Positions 7,890 to 17,793 of a DNA stretch of 64,000 nt are shown in pieces. The notes under the pieces were generated by a model that was given only the letters and a program-made list of their open reading frames with translations, made no database searches and was not told the origin of the DNA. The stretch's first letter is position 1, and each line of letters starts with the position of its first letter. This DNA is from Verrucomicrobia subdivision 3 bacterium UBA693. Lineage in GTDB: Bacteria > Verrucomicrobiota > Verrucomicrobiia > Limisphaerales > UBA8199. A program made the translations under genes and the position numbers. The stretch lies in contig DBMR01000011.1 of the NCBI GenBank assembly GCA_002298785.1, positions 84,979-148,978 of the forward strand, read 5' to 3'.

Positions 7890-9395
7890 GTGAGCCGATT
7901 GTTCAAACATCCGGGTGAGCTGCGCTGGTGGAAGGCAATTTGCCGGAGCACCGGCGTGGGGTGCGGTTTGCTGGCCCTGCTCGCCGCGCTCCTCGTTAAC
8001 ACCTCCGCCGCTGATGACCCGGCCCGGACGGCCCGGACCCTGCAGGATCCGATCGACGCTTACGATAACCCCACCAATTCACTCGGTTCCTGGATTTGGG
8101 CCGCCGAGACGTTTGACCGCCAGGATTGCCAGCTCTGGCGAGCCTTCGAACTGGCGCCCACGGACAAGGTCCTGAAGGCGCGTCTCCTCGTGACGGTGGA
8201 CAACGAATTTACGCTCTTCCTGGACGGACGGGAATTGGGCCGCGGCGTCGAGTGGCGCGAGTTGTTCGATTTCGACCTGACCCCACTGATGTCCCCCGGC
8301 AAGCACGTGCTGGCGGTCAGAGCTTTCAACTCATCCCGCGCCGCCGGCATGCTCCTCGGATTGCGCCTCCACCTCGCGGGTGGTCGGATCACCGAGATCC
8401 GATCGGATGCATCCTGGCGGATCGTCCCCGAGGGGTCCCGGGGCTGGAAGACCCGCACTGAAGCGCCGGATTCCTGGCCGGCGGCGACCATTATCGCGCC
8501 CTTCGGAGGGGGGCCGTGGTGGACGAACCCGCAGAACATGAACGTCATGCCCACCCTGCAGCCGATCAGAGTCTACTTCTGGCAGACCGGGTGGTTCCAG
8601 ATCACGTTGTTATCGGTGTGCGGGCTGGTGATCTTCATCAGCCTGCGGCTGATGGCCCAGGTGGCGTTGCACCAAAAAGAGCGGCAATTGCTCGAGCAGG
8701 AGCGGGCGCGCATCGCCCGCGATATCCATGACGACATCGGGTCACGCATGACGCAGTTGGTTTTGCAGGGGGAGGTCACGCAAAAGGATTTGCCGGAGGA
8801 ATCGAAAATGCGGGTGCAACTGGACCGGATGTGCGAGGAAGCCCGCGGCCTGTTGTCGTCGATGGATGAAATCCTGTGGGCGGTGAATCCGCGGCGGGAC
8901 ACCTTGCGCGATTTTGCCTCCTACGTCTGCGGTTATGCCCAGGAATTTTTAAAATCCACCCCCATCCAATGCCTGTTCGAGGTGGACCCGGAGATTTCGT
9001 CGATGGCCTTTGACCTGCCGCAGCGCCGCAGCCTGCTCATGGCCATAAAGGAAGCGCTGAACAATGCCGTCAAACATTCCGGCGCCACCGAGTTGCGCCT
9101 GACGATTTACTGGAAGGCCCAGCGGTTAATCGTGGTGGTCCAGGACAACGGCTCGGGATTCGATATCACGAAGGTGAAGTCCGGCCGGCACGGATTGTCC
9201 AATATTACCCAGCGGCTGAGTGAGCTAGGGGGAAGCTGCCTCGTCACCTCGCAGCCCGGAAAAGGGTGCCGTGTGGAGTTCGGCATCCCCCTGGTAAGCC
9301 GACGCCAGGGCACCTGGAGCTGGATCCGGAACTGGCAGTGGCCAGCGAAGCGGAGCATCTTACCGAAACAACCCACCCCACCCGCCGGCGCTTGA
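7890..9395 (+). CDS. Sensor histidine kinase (HisKA_3/NarL-type) with periplasmic beta-sandwich (CBM-like) sensor domain
   Basis: 501 aa with a GTG start; the exact start is uncertain. TM1 is GVGCGLLALLAALLV. A ~190-aa periplasmic domain is followed by TM2 WFQITLLSVCGLVIFISL. H-box ERARIARDIHDDIGSRMTQL, N-box LNNAVKHSGA, G-boxes DNGSGFD and GLSNITQRLSELGG. Confidence 0.85.
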   Translation: MSRLFKHPGELRWWKAICRSTGVGCGLLALLAALLVNTSAADDPARTARTLQDPIDAYDNPTNSLGSWIWAAETFDRQDCQLWRAFELAPTDKVLKARLLVTVDNEFTLFLDGRELGRGVEWRELFDFDLTPLMSPGKHVLAVRAFNSSRAAGMLLGLRLHLAGGRITEIRSDASWRIVPEGSRGWKTRTEAPDSWPAATIIAPFGGGPWWTNPQNMNVMPTLQPIRVYFWQTGWFQITLLSVCGLVIFISLRLMAQVALHQKERQLLEQERARIARDIHDDIGSRMTQLVLQGEVTQKDLPEESKMRVQLDRMCEEARGLLSSMDEILWAVNPRRDTLRDFASYVCGYAQEFLKSTPIQCLFEVDPEISSMAFDLPQRRSLLMAIKEALNNAVKHSGATELRLTIYWKAQRLIVVVQDNGSGFDITKVKSGRHGLSNITQRLSELGGSCLVTSQPGKGCRVEFGIPLVSRRQGTWSWIRNWQWPAKRSILPKQPTPPAGA

Positions 9396-9399
9396 TTTC

Positions 9400-10125
9400 A
9401 TGACCTCGCCAAACCCCAAACCAACCCGATCCACCTCCGGCACTTCCACGGAGCCGGCCCGGAAAAAGCCCCTCAAAGTGGCGCTGGTGGAAGATCAGCC
9501 CAAAGTCCGCGAAAGCTGGGCGCAATTGATCAATTCCTTCCCGGATTTTGTCTGTGTCTGTTCCTGCAAAACCGGCGAGGAAGCGCTGCGCCTCATCCCG
9601 GAGGCCCAACCAGACGTGGTGCTGATGGACATCTTTCTGCCACGCATGTCCGGCATCGAATGCACGGTCCGATTGAAAGCGGTGCTGCCCCACACCCAGA
9701 TCGTGATTCTCACTGCAATGGACGACCAGGAATTGGTGTTCATGGCGCTCGAAGCCGGCGCGGATGGCTACCTGCTCAAACGCACCAAGCCCGCGGACTT
9801 GCGGACGGCCTTGCTGGACGTGTTGGGCGGCGGGGCGCCGATGACCAGCCAGATTGCCCGCCGGGTAATCGAATCTTTTCGGCGCAAAGCCCAAACCCGT
9901 GATGAATCGGCCCGCCTTTCCGTGCGGGAAGAACAGATTCTGCTGCTGCTCTCGCAGGGCTATTCGAACAAGCTGATCGCGAGCAAACTGGAGCTGAGCG
10001 TGGACACCGTTTGCAGCCATTTGAAACACGTCTTTACCAAGCTGCATGTAACCTCGCGCACCGAAGCGGTGGTGCGCTACATGGCCTCGAAGGCGCCGGA
10101 TCAAAGGCCTGATGTATTGCCTTGA
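9400..10125 (+). CDS. NarL/FixJ-family response regulator (REC + LuxR-type HTH)
   Basis: 241 aa, starting 5 nt after the kinase stop. REC motifs are VALVEDQP and DVVLMDIFLPRMSGIE. The LuxR HTH is LSVREEQILLLLSQGYSNKLIASKLELSVDTVCSHLKHVFTKLHV. Confidence 0.9.
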   Translation: MTSPNPKPTRSTSGTSTEPARKKPLKVALVEDQPKVRESWAQLINSFPDFVCVCSCKTGEEALRLIPEAQPDVVLMDIFLPRMSGIECTVRLKAVLPHTQIVILTAMDDQELVFMALEAGADGYLLKRTKPADLRTALLDVLGGGAPMTSQIARRVIESFRRKAQTRDESARLSVREEQILLLLSQGYSNKLIASKLELSVDTVCSHLKHVFTKLHVTSRTEAVVRYMASKAPDQRPDVLP

Positions 10126-10320
10126 AGCCTGGCCCACCCGAGACGCCGGCCCGGCGCCGAAGACGGATGCACCACCTGTTTCGGTGATGCCCGTTTCACC
10201 GGGTCCGGTTATAGACCAGTGGCCGGGCCCCTGGCTACAATTCCCCGCGCAGAATTCGGGCATAGAATTTGCACCAACGGCAGTGCCTCAAGCCTCTGCC
10301 TGTTCAAACCAACAATTTAA

Positions 10321-13263
10321 ATGAACCGATTAACCAGAGCCCTCGTTATGGGCATCGCGATCCTCGCCGGCGGATGTTCGGCGGCGATCACCACCAGCAA
10401 CCTCCGTTGCGAATACCTGACCAACCCTCTCGGAATCGACGCCCCCAACCCGCGCTTAAGCTGGGTCCTGGATTCCAGCCGCCGGGGCGAGCGACAGACG
10501 GCGTACCAGGTCCTGGTGGCCTCCTCCGCAAAACTCCTGGACAAGGACACGGGCGACCTCTGGGACAGCGGCCGTGTAGCTTCTGACGCTTCCGCGCAGG
10601 TGGTTTACGCCGGCAAACCGCTGACGTCCCGCCAGCCGGCTTTCTGGAAAGTGCGGGTCTGGGACGCCGCCGGTAAACCGGCCCGGTGGAGCAAAGTCGC
10701 GAAGTGGGAGATGGGCCTGCTGGCCGCCGCTGACTGGAAAGCCCAGTGGATCATCGTGCCGCCGCCAACCAATGCCGCCGGCGAGACGTTGGTGATTCGA
10801 CGTGCGATCTACGAAGCGATCGAAGGCGGCGGAAAAGCCGACGTGACCGCGGCCCTGAGCCGGCATGTCGCCAAGGGCAGCCTTAACGTCACCGTGAATA
10901 ACCAGACCCTCGGGACCGATCCGGCGGTGAACAAGGTGAAGCGATTGCGGGTGGAATACGAATTGGGGGGACGTCAGTTGACCAAGGAGATTAACGAAAG
11001 CTCGACCCTTGTGCTGCCCGAAGTTCCGCCCGGGCTGCCGTATCTTCGCAAAGCGTTTGATTTGAACCGCCCCGTGCAACGCGCGGTGCTTTATGCCAGC
11101 GCCCTGGGACTCTATGAGGTGGCCATCAACGGACACCGGGTGGGTGACCATGTGCTGGCGCCCGACTGGACCGACTACCGCAGGCGCGTCCGTTACCAGG
11201 CTTATGATGTGACCGCCCTGTTCAATCGCGGTGCCAATGTGATTTGCGGCCAACTCGCCAACGGATGGTACAGCGGCCACATCGGCAACGGCGCCAACCA
11301 GTTCTTCGGCAAGGTGCCCGCGTTCCTGGCCCAGCTCGAAATCACCCACCCGGATGGCACGACGGAACAGATCGCGACCGACACCTCCTGGACCACGCAT
11401 CGTGGCCCGACTCTCACCTCCGATTTCATGCTGGGCGAGGATTACGATGCACGGCTCGAGGTACGAAATGCCGACAAGCCAGGCCCGGTGGAAGGCCCGT
11501 GGGCTCCAGTGGCAGTGCGACAGGAACCCACTCCGCCACTTGAAGCACAGGTCATGGAACCCGTGCGCGCCATCCGCGAACTCAAACCCAAGTCAGTGTC
11601 CGAACCGCGTCCCGGCTTCTGGGTTTATGACCTGGGCCAAAACATGGTCGGAGTGGTGCGGTTGAAAGTCTCCGCGCCCGCCGGCACCCGGGTGACGCTG
11701 CGCCACGCGGAAATGCTCAACGCCAATGGCACCATTTACACCACCAACCTGCGCGGAGCACCCTCCGTGGACCATTACATCTGCAAAGGCGGAGGCGTTG
11801 AAATCTGGCAGCCGCGTTTCACGTTCCACGGTTTTCGTTATGTGGAAATCACCGGGCTCAGCGGGAAACCCAGTATTGACCTCGTGACCGGCGTGGTGCT
11901 GACCACCGACACCACCCGTGCCGGCGAGTTCGCCTGTTCCGATCCCCGCATAAATCAACTCCAATCCAACATCGAGTGGGGGCAGCGCGGCAACTACCTG
12001 AGCGTGCCCACCGATTGTCCCCAACGCGATGAGCGCCTCGGCTGGATGGGTGATGCCCAGGTGTTTATTCGCACCGCCACCTACAACGCCGATGTCGCGG
12101 CGTTCTTCACCAAATGGCTCGTGGATGTGGACGACGGCCAATCGCCGGAAGGTTCCTTCAGCGACGTGAATCCGAACACCATGGGTTGCGGCAGCGTTCC
12201 CGCCTGGGGCGACGCCGGCGTCATTTGTCCCTGGACCATTTACCAGGTGTATAGCGACCAGCGCATTCTGGAACGTCACCTGCCGGCCATGATCAAGTGG
12301 ATCGAGTATCTGCGCGCGCACAGCGATGGGCTCATCCGGGTCAAGGATCGCGGCAACGACTACGGCGACTGGCTCTCCATCAACGCCGACACCCCCAAAG
12401 ACATGCTGGGCACCGCTTACTTTGCCTACTCGACTCACCTGGTTGCCCGCTCCTGCGCCGCTCTCGGGCGCTCCGCCGAGGCGGCCAAATACGAGCAACT
12501 GTTTCAGGACATCAAACAGGCCTTCAACCAGCGCTTTGTGAGCGCCGATGGGCGCATCAAGGGCAATACTCAAAGCGCGTACGCCATGGCGCTAAAATTC
12601 AAATTGCTGCCCGAAGCGCTGCGGGGTAAAGCCGCGCAATACCTCGAAGACGATATCAAAGCCAAAGGCTGGCACCTATCCACCGGGTTTGTTGGGGTTA
12701 GTTACCTGCTGCCGGTCCTCACCCAGGCGGGCAAGGCGGACGCCGCTTACCGTTTGTTGCTGCAGGACACCTTCCCGTCGTGGCTGTTCTCGGTGAAACA
12801 CGGAGCGACCACCATTTGGGAGCGCTGGGACGGTTGGACCCCGGACAAAGGCTTCCAGGATCCAGGCATGAACTCCTTCAACCATTACTCGCTGGGCTCC
12901 TGCGGTGAATACTTGTTCGGCGGCATTGGCGGCATTCGTCCCGCGTCTCCCGGGTTCAAAACAATCGCGATTGAACCGGTGATCCGGGACGGACTGACCT
13001 GGGCCAAAGCCAAGTACACCTCGATCAATGGCCTCATCGCCACCTCCTGGAAACGCGACGGCGATCAACTGAGCCTGGAGGTCACCATACCGGCGAATAC
13101 CACCGCCACCGTCCGTATTCCCGCGCGTGACCTCGCCGGGATCACGGAAAGCGGTAAACCTACAGCGAAGGCCAACGGGGTCAGGGTTTTGGGCCAGGAG
13201 AATGGCATAGCGGCCTTTGAAGTGGGCTCCGGGACCTATAAATTCGTCTCCAAGTTGCCTTAA
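10321..13263 (+). CDS. GH78 alpha-L-rhamnosidase
   Basis: 980 aa. The N-terminus LRCEYLTNPLGIDAPNPRLSWVL...RQTAYQVLVASS...LWDSGRVASD...FWKVRVWD is typical of GH78. The catalytic-region string PTDCPQRDERLGWMGDAQVF is present. The lipoprotein-like signal is ILAGGCS. Confidence 0.9.
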   Translation: MNRLTRALVMGIAILAGGCSAAITTSNLRCEYLTNPLGIDAPNPRLSWVLDSSRRGERQTAYQVLVASSAKLLDKDTGDLWDSGRVASDASAQVVYAGKPLTSRQPAFWKVRVWDAAGKPARWSKVAKWEMGLLAAADWKAQWIIVPPPTNAAGETLVIRRAIYEAIEGGGKADVTAALSRHVAKGSLNVTVNNQTLGTDPAVNKVKRLRVEYELGGRQLTKEINESSTLVLPEVPPGLPYLRKAFDLNRPVQRAVLYASALGLYEVAINGHRVGDHVLAPDWTDYRRRVRYQAYDVTALFNRGANVICGQLANGWYSGHIGNGANQFFGKVPAFLAQLEITHPDGTTEQIATDTSWTTHRGPTLTSDFMLGEDYDARLEVRNADKPGPVEGPWAPVAVRQEPTPPLEAQVMEPVRAIRELKPKSVSEPRPGFWVYDLGQNMVGVVRLKVSAPAGTRVTLRHAEMLNANGTIYTTNLRGAPSVDHYICKGGGVEIWQPRFTFHGFRYVEITGLSGKPSIDLVTGVVLTTDTTRAGEFACSDPRINQLQSNIEWGQRGNYLSVPTDCPQRDERLGWMGDAQVFIRTATYNADVAAFFTKWLVDVDDGQSPEGSFSDVNPNTMGCGSVPAWGDAGVICPWTIYQVYSDQRILERHLPAMIKWIEYLRAHSDGLIRVKDRGNDYGDWLSINADTPKDMLGTAYFAYSTHLVARSCAALGRSAEAAKYEQLFQDIKQAFNQRFVSADGRIKGNTQSAYAMALKFKLLPEALRGKAAQYLEDDIKAKGWHLSTGFVGVSYLLPVLTQAGKADAAYRLLLQDTFPSWLFSVKHGATTIWERWDGWTPDKGFQDPGMNSFNHYSLGSCGEYLFGGIGGIRPASPGFKTIAIEPVIRDGLTWAKAKYTSINGLIATSWKRDGDQLSLEVTIPANTTATVRIPARDLAGITESGKPTAKANGVRVLGQENGIAAFEVGSGTYKFVSKLP

Positions 13264-13291
13264 CGGCGACCGGTTCTAATCACTCGCAAAG

Positions 13292-13330
13292 CGCCCGCCC
13301 GGTTCTCAAACTCGGCGGGCGTTGGCTTTT
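13292..13330. terminator. Bidirectional stem-loop between convergent GH78 genes
   Basis: CGCCCGCC (13292-13299) pairs with GGCGGGCG (13314-13321), followed by TTGGCTTTT on the plus strand. It lies between the stops at 13263 (+) and 13367 (-). Confidence 0.55.
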
Positions 13331-13366
13331 CCCATCTGACTTCCCTGTCCCCTCGCGGTCTGGCGC

Positions 13367-16300
13367 TCAATTGCCGACCAGGCGGAAATATTTTTGCCCG
13401 GATTGAACCGAGTTGGTCAAGGCCGCGGCAGACTGCCGGGCGATGAAATTGGTTTCCGCCGTCCAGATGGGTGAGGCCAGGTTGGTCGTGCTTTGCAGGG
13501 TGTAACCCTGGTCAATCGACAGGCCACTGACGCTCATAACGAAACGGTTCAGGTCCGAACCGACGCCCACGCTCACAGTCGGCGGCACCGGCGATGGGCT
13601 GGCTTTGCCCAGGGCCACCAATTCAGTGTAGCCCACCCCACCATTTTGCTGCGGAGCCGAAAAGTCCCAGCGCAGGTAGCGCACGCCGCTCAAATTCTGA
13701 ACCGCCAGCGTCGTGAGGGTGCCGCTGGTGCCATCGGCCGCCGGGTAGGCCGAAGGGTTATAGGTCACAATCGCGATGGGTGAGTACTTGGCGCCGTCCC
13801 AGGAATAGCTGACGGAATAATTCGCGTTCTCGCGGCCGTTGTCCCGCCAGGCGGTGTAGGCCCACAGGTTCGTGATCGAGTAACCGGCACCATTGGCGCC
13901 ATTGCCCAAAAAGAAAGTGATCGCTCCGCCGCTGATCTCGAAGCTGCGGTTCGTGGTCCCGGGCGCTCCGATTTTCCCGTCATAAAGCGCCGAGGCCGGC
14001 AGATAGTTTTCGGAGGCCACCGTAAGGTTGTTTCCCGCAACCGAGGTCGACGTGTTGGTGAGGAGATTCCCGATCGGCGCGGCCGGGAAACTGCCACCGG
14101 CATAAACGGCATCCGTTTCCGTCACCACCAGCGGGGACGGGAGCGGTGAGGACCAAAGATAGCGCCCCGAGCCAACGTTATAGACGGCGCAATTGTTCGA
14201 GAGGCCGACATAGGTTACCCCCGGCGAAAGGCTTGCCGGCATGCCGCTTTCAGTGATGCCCGCCGCGTTCGTCGTCGGGATGTAAACTTGCGCGGTAGTG
14301 TTCGGTGGAATCACGACTCCCAGGTTGAAGGCATTGCCGGCGTTGGTCCATGCGCTCGTGATCAGCCCACGGGTGGAGTCATAGCTGGTGTTGGCCCAGC
14401 TTAAACCGGAGCCCGGAACGGGCTGGATCCGAATCGTGCGATAACCCGGACTGGCCGCACTGATGCCGCCGACAACGCTATACAAATATTCCCCGACGGA
14501 ACCAAAGGCATAGTGATTGAACGAGTTCATTACCACGCTCTGAAAACCACCGGCAGGCGTCCAACCATCCCACCGTTCCCACATCGTGGTCGCGCCCAGG
14601 GTCACCTGGTACAGCCAGGATGGATACGATTGCTGGAGCAGCAGTTTGTACGCAAGGTCGTCGCGACCCGCCAGGTGCAAGGCCGGCAGCAATCGGGGCG
14701 TGCCGATGAAACCGGTCGCCAGGTGGTAATTGAATTGCACGATGGTGTCCGCGAACTTTTGCGCGGCGAGATCGCGCAGGCCCGGCGGCACGAGGTTCAG
14801 GGTAAACGCCAGGGCGTAGCCCGTCTGGCTGCTCCCATCTTTAAACGAGCCATCGGCATTGAAGAAATTCGCGAAGGCCGAGGCAATATTGCTGCGCAAC
14901 AGCGCATAGCTGGCCGCGTCGGAATCGCGACCGATCGCCCGCGCCATCTCGGACATCGCTTGCGCGTAATAGGCATAAAACGCGGTATCCATCACCGCAG
15001 TCGTGGCGCTGCCGCCCAACCCCAGCCAGTCCCCAAAATCCCCCGGCAAACTGGATACCACATAATTGCTCGCGTGCGCCGCGATGAACTGGCCGCAGCG
15101 CTGGAATGAGGCGTAATGGTCGGCGATGACGTTGGTATCGCCGTAGGTTCGATAAATGATCAGCGGGCAAATCCACCCGGCGTCGCCCCAGGCGGTGCCG
15201 CCGCTGCCCACCCCCAGGTCCGGCGCCACCACCGCATACGACCCGTCGCTGTGCTGCGAATCCTCGCACAGCGTGACCAGGTGCCGGCGAAAGAACGATT
15301 GGACATCGAAATTGTACACCGCGGTGGGCACGAAGAACTCGGTATCCCCGGTCCAGCCCATGCGCTCATCCCGCTGCGGGCAGTCGGTCGGCGTTTCAAG
15401 GTAATTGCCTTTCTGGCCCCAAATAATGTTGTGATAAAGCTGGTTCACCAGCGGGCTGGAGCACGAAAAATCTCCCGTGCGCGGCATGTCCGAGTGCACC
15501 ACCACCCCCGTCACCGAGCCCACCGTGGGCGGGACCGACAGGCCGCGCACCTCCACGTAACGAAAGCCGTGACAGGTGAACCGCGGCTCATAGACCACGG
15601 TGCCGTTGGTTCCGAAGACGTAAAAATCCGTCGCATTGGCTCCGCGAAGATTGGCCGTGTAGATCGTGCCATCCGGGTTGAGCATCTCGCCGTGCCGGAT
15701 GGTGATGCGTTCGCCCACGTTGCCGCTGATTTGCAGCCGCACCCAGCCGACCATATTCTGCCCCAGGTCAAACGTGTAACATCCCGGCTTCGGGACTTTG
15801 AGACTGACGGCCGGCAAGGTCTCGAAACAACGCGCCGGCTCCGTCACCGCCGCTTGAACCCGCAGTCCGCCGCTGTCCGGAAATGAAGCCGGGTTCCCAT
15901 ACAGTGCGCGGATGATGGTCAAAGTCTGGCCAGTCCCACCGATATTCACCGTGGCATTTTCCGCGAAGGCCACGGTTTGGGTAACACCGCCGAGCGAGTA
16001 ATTGATTTGCAGGCTCTTTACGATGCCGTAGGCGGGATCACCACCCAGATTGCCGTTGCTGGCCACGAAGTTGAGCCGGTTGTTCGTTACCAGGCCAGAC
16101 ACGATGCCGGTCACATCGGCCACATCGCCACCGCACGCGCTCAGGCCGGTGACTACCGCCGACCACGTGTGGTCATCAAAATTTGTCGTGTCCCAGCCAG
16201 GCATTTCCCGGCGCGCATCGTATTCCGATCCGATCAGCAAATCTCCGAACAAAATCGGCCCGTAGCTGGCTTTCCAGGAGCCGTCGCTAACGACCGTTTG

Positions 16301-17617
16301 AGTGCTGCCGTCGGCCAGTTCGAGCACCATTTGAGCCCGGAATCGCGGGGTGCCCCCGTAATTGCATCGTTGCCCTTTGAACGCCAAATCGCTGGCATAC
16401 CAGCCATCGCCAAGAATCGCTCCGATGGTGTTGCCCCCGGCCCGCACCATCGGGGTGACATCATAAGTCTGGTAATAGACTCGCTTGGTAAACTGCGTCC
16501 AGCCGGGAGCGAGCACGTCGTTGCCAACTCTTTGACCGTTCAAACGCAGTTCATACACCCCGAGAGCGGTGACATATACCGTGGCGCGAGCGATGGCCTG
16601 CCCGACCACGAAGTTTTTGCGCAGGTACGGCGCGGGCATCCGGGCGATTTCGTTGAGCGCCGGAGTGCCCCACGGGGCGCCGCCACCGTTTGGAGTCGTC
16701 CAGGCCGAATCATCGTAACCAAGCTGCGTCCAGTTCCCCGACGGCCACTGGGCGGTCTTCCACGAGGTATCCACCGGGATGTTGGAAACACTGCCGGAAG
16801 CGAACTGCACCACCAACCGGCCAATCAGGCGCGAGGCCTCCTGGGAGTCCGTATTTGTAACCGAGAGCGCCACCAGGTTGGTCCCCGGCAGCATCAGGGA
16901 CGTCACATTAATCCGCGCCGTGGCTTCCCACCGCACCGCCAAATTGGTGGACTTCAGTCCATTCACAAACACGCTGCACATGTTGTCCGCGTAGAGCGCC
17001 ATCACGGCGTTGGTCATGGTTTGGCCGGCCGGCAAAATCACTTTCTTCCGAAACACCGATTGGTGCAGCCCTCCCTGCTCCACCTGCCCCGGACAACTTA
17101 CCCAGTCGATGCCAGACGCATTGAACAGCGTGCTGTTCGCCGTTTGCTGCGGGGTCGGCGTGTAGGCGGCGTCATAGCCAATCCATTGCCCCGTCCACTC
17201 GGCGGGTGACAGGAGACCCATGGACCACATTACCGGCGAACTCCAGGCGGAGACAGTGCCATTGCCGTCATAAACACGCACCTGCCAGAAGCAGCGTTGG
17301 CCACTGGTCAGCGGCTGCCCGCCATACAAAACATCCACCGTTTCGGCACTGACGACCTTCCCACTGTCCCACAAATCCGCCGCGCCGGTGGTCGATCCGA
17401 CCTGGATTTGGTAGGCGCTTACTGTTTCTCCCCTGGCTGCCCCGGTTCTTTCGAGCTGCCAGGAAAGTCTGGGCTTGGCGTCATCGATGCCCAGCGGATT
17501 CACCCGCATCGCGCAGCGCAAATTCACCGGTGCCAGCGCGGCGTGCACGGTCGCGACAGCCCATCCCATTACCATCAGGGCAAGCGCTATTCCAAAGTAT
17601 CGTTTGGCAAAATTCAT
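13367..17617 (-). CDS. Multidomain GH78 alpha-L-rhamnosidase with extra beta-sandwich insert, C-terminal unnamed ~180-aa module and FYR-type tail
   Basis: 1416 aa, signal peptide MNFAKRYFGIALALMVMGWAVATVHA. GH78 strings are LRCAMRVNPLGIDDAKPRLSWQL, AYQIQVGST, LWDSGKV, FWQVRVYD and PTDCPQRDERMGWTGDTEFF. The C-terminal module (nt 13589-14122) resembles the modules of the 17794..21675 protein. The tail is ...GYTLQSTTNLASPIWTAE...QKYFRLVGN (nt 13370-13588). Confidence 0.9.
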   Translation of the reverse strand: MNFAKRYFGIALALMVMGWAVATVHAALAPVNLRCAMRVNPLGIDDAKPRLSWQLERTGAARGETVSAYQIQVGSTTGAADLWDSGKVVSAETVDVLYGGQPLTSGQRCFWQVRVYDGNGTVSAWSSPVMWSMGLLSPAEWTGQWIGYDAAYTPTPQQTANSTLFNASGIDWVSCPGQVEQGGLHQSVFRKKVILPAGQTMTNAVMALYADNMCSVFVNGLKSTNLAVRWEATARINVTSLMLPGTNLVALSVTNTDSQEASRLIGRLVVQFASGSVSNIPVDTSWKTAQWPSGNWTQLGYDDSAWTTPNGGGAPWGTPALNEIARMPAPYLRKNFVVGQAIARATVYVTALGVYELRLNGQRVGNDVLAPGWTQFTKRVYYQTYDVTPMVRAGGNTIGAILGDGWYASDLAFKGQRCNYGGTPRFRAQMVLELADGSTQTVVSDGSWKASYGPILFGDLLIGSEYDARREMPGWDTTNFDDHTWSAVVTGLSACGGDVADVTGIVSGLVTNNRLNFVASNGNLGGDPAYGIVKSLQINYSLGGVTQTVAFAENATVNIGGTGQTLTIIRALYGNPASFPDSGGLRVQAAVTEPARCFETLPAVSLKVPKPGCYTFDLGQNMVGWVRLQISGNVGERITIRHGEMLNPDGTIYTANLRGANATDFYVFGTNGTVVYEPRFTCHGFRYVEVRGLSVPPTVGSVTGVVVHSDMPRTGDFSCSSPLVNQLYHNIIWGQKGNYLETPTDCPQRDERMGWTGDTEFFVPTAVYNFDVQSFFRRHLVTLCEDSQHSDGSYAVVAPDLGVGSGGTAWGDAGWICPLIIYRTYGDTNVIADHYASFQRCGQFIAAHASNYVVSSLPGDFGDWLGLGGSATTAVMDTAFYAYYAQAMSEMARAIGRDSDAASYALLRSNIASAFANFFNADGSFKDGSSQTGYALAFTLNLVPPGLRDLAAQKFADTIVQFNYHLATGFIGTPRLLPALHLAGRDDLAYKLLLQQSYPSWLYQVTLGATTMWERWDGWTPAGGFQSVVMNSFNHYAFGSVGEYLYSVVGGISAASPGYRTIRIQPVPGSGLSWANTSYDSTRGLITSAWTNAGNAFNLGVVIPPNTTAQVYIPTTNAAGITESGMPASLSPGVTYVGLSNNCAVYNVGSGRYLWSSPLPSPLVVTETDAVYAGGSFPAAPIGNLLTNTSTSVAGNNLTVASENYLPASALYDGKIGAPGTTNRSFEISGGAITFFLGNGANGAGYSITNLWAYTAWRDNGRENANYSVSYSWDGAKYSPIAIVTYNPSAYPAADGTSGTLTTLAVQNLSGVRYLRWDFSAPQQNGGVGYTELVALGKASPSPVPPTVSVGVGSDLNRFVMSVSGLSIDQGYTLQSTTNLASPIWTAETNFIARQSAAALTNSVQSGQKYFRLVGN

Positions 17618-17737
17618 GAAGCTGAAGCGTCCGCAGTTCGTCTTGGTTCAGAAATTAATCAACGGGGTGCGGGCGGGGACCTTTCTGGAAAGGTCTTTTC
17701 GTAACTCAAGTCGCCTTGCGCACATCTCCTTCAAAGT

Positions 17738-17771
17738 CAATTGCCCGGGAACTTGCGTCCCCGGGCAATTG
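17738..17771 (-). terminator. 12-bp perfect stem-loop just downstream of the five-module protein gene
   Basis: CAATTGCCCGGG (17738-17749) pairs with CCCGGGCAATTG (17760-17771), 22 nt beyond the stop at 17794. There is no U-tract, so its function as a terminator or attenuator is uncertain. Confidence 0.45.
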
Positions 17772-17793
17772 ATACCCAATCCCATCCCCAGAG

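Noticed and set aside
10217-10239. CAGTGGCCGGGCCCCTGGCTACA upstream of the first GH78, and TGTGGTCTGGCCATA at 7852-7866, as additional copies of the 29-bp element.
   Set aside because: Only half-site-like fragments (GTGGCC and TGGCTACA) are present, with different spacing (12 and 5 nt offsets). The flanking GTC and AA invariants are absent. These are too degenerate to call without a statistical model.
17678-17700. The hairpin GACCTTTC-TG-GAAAGGTC followed by TTTTC on the plus strand, as a rho-independent terminator.
   Set aside because: No plus-strand gene ends upstream of it. It lies in the 5' region of the minus-strand GH78 gene, where the T-run is on the wrong side. It is possibly a leader structure, but I cannot support a call.
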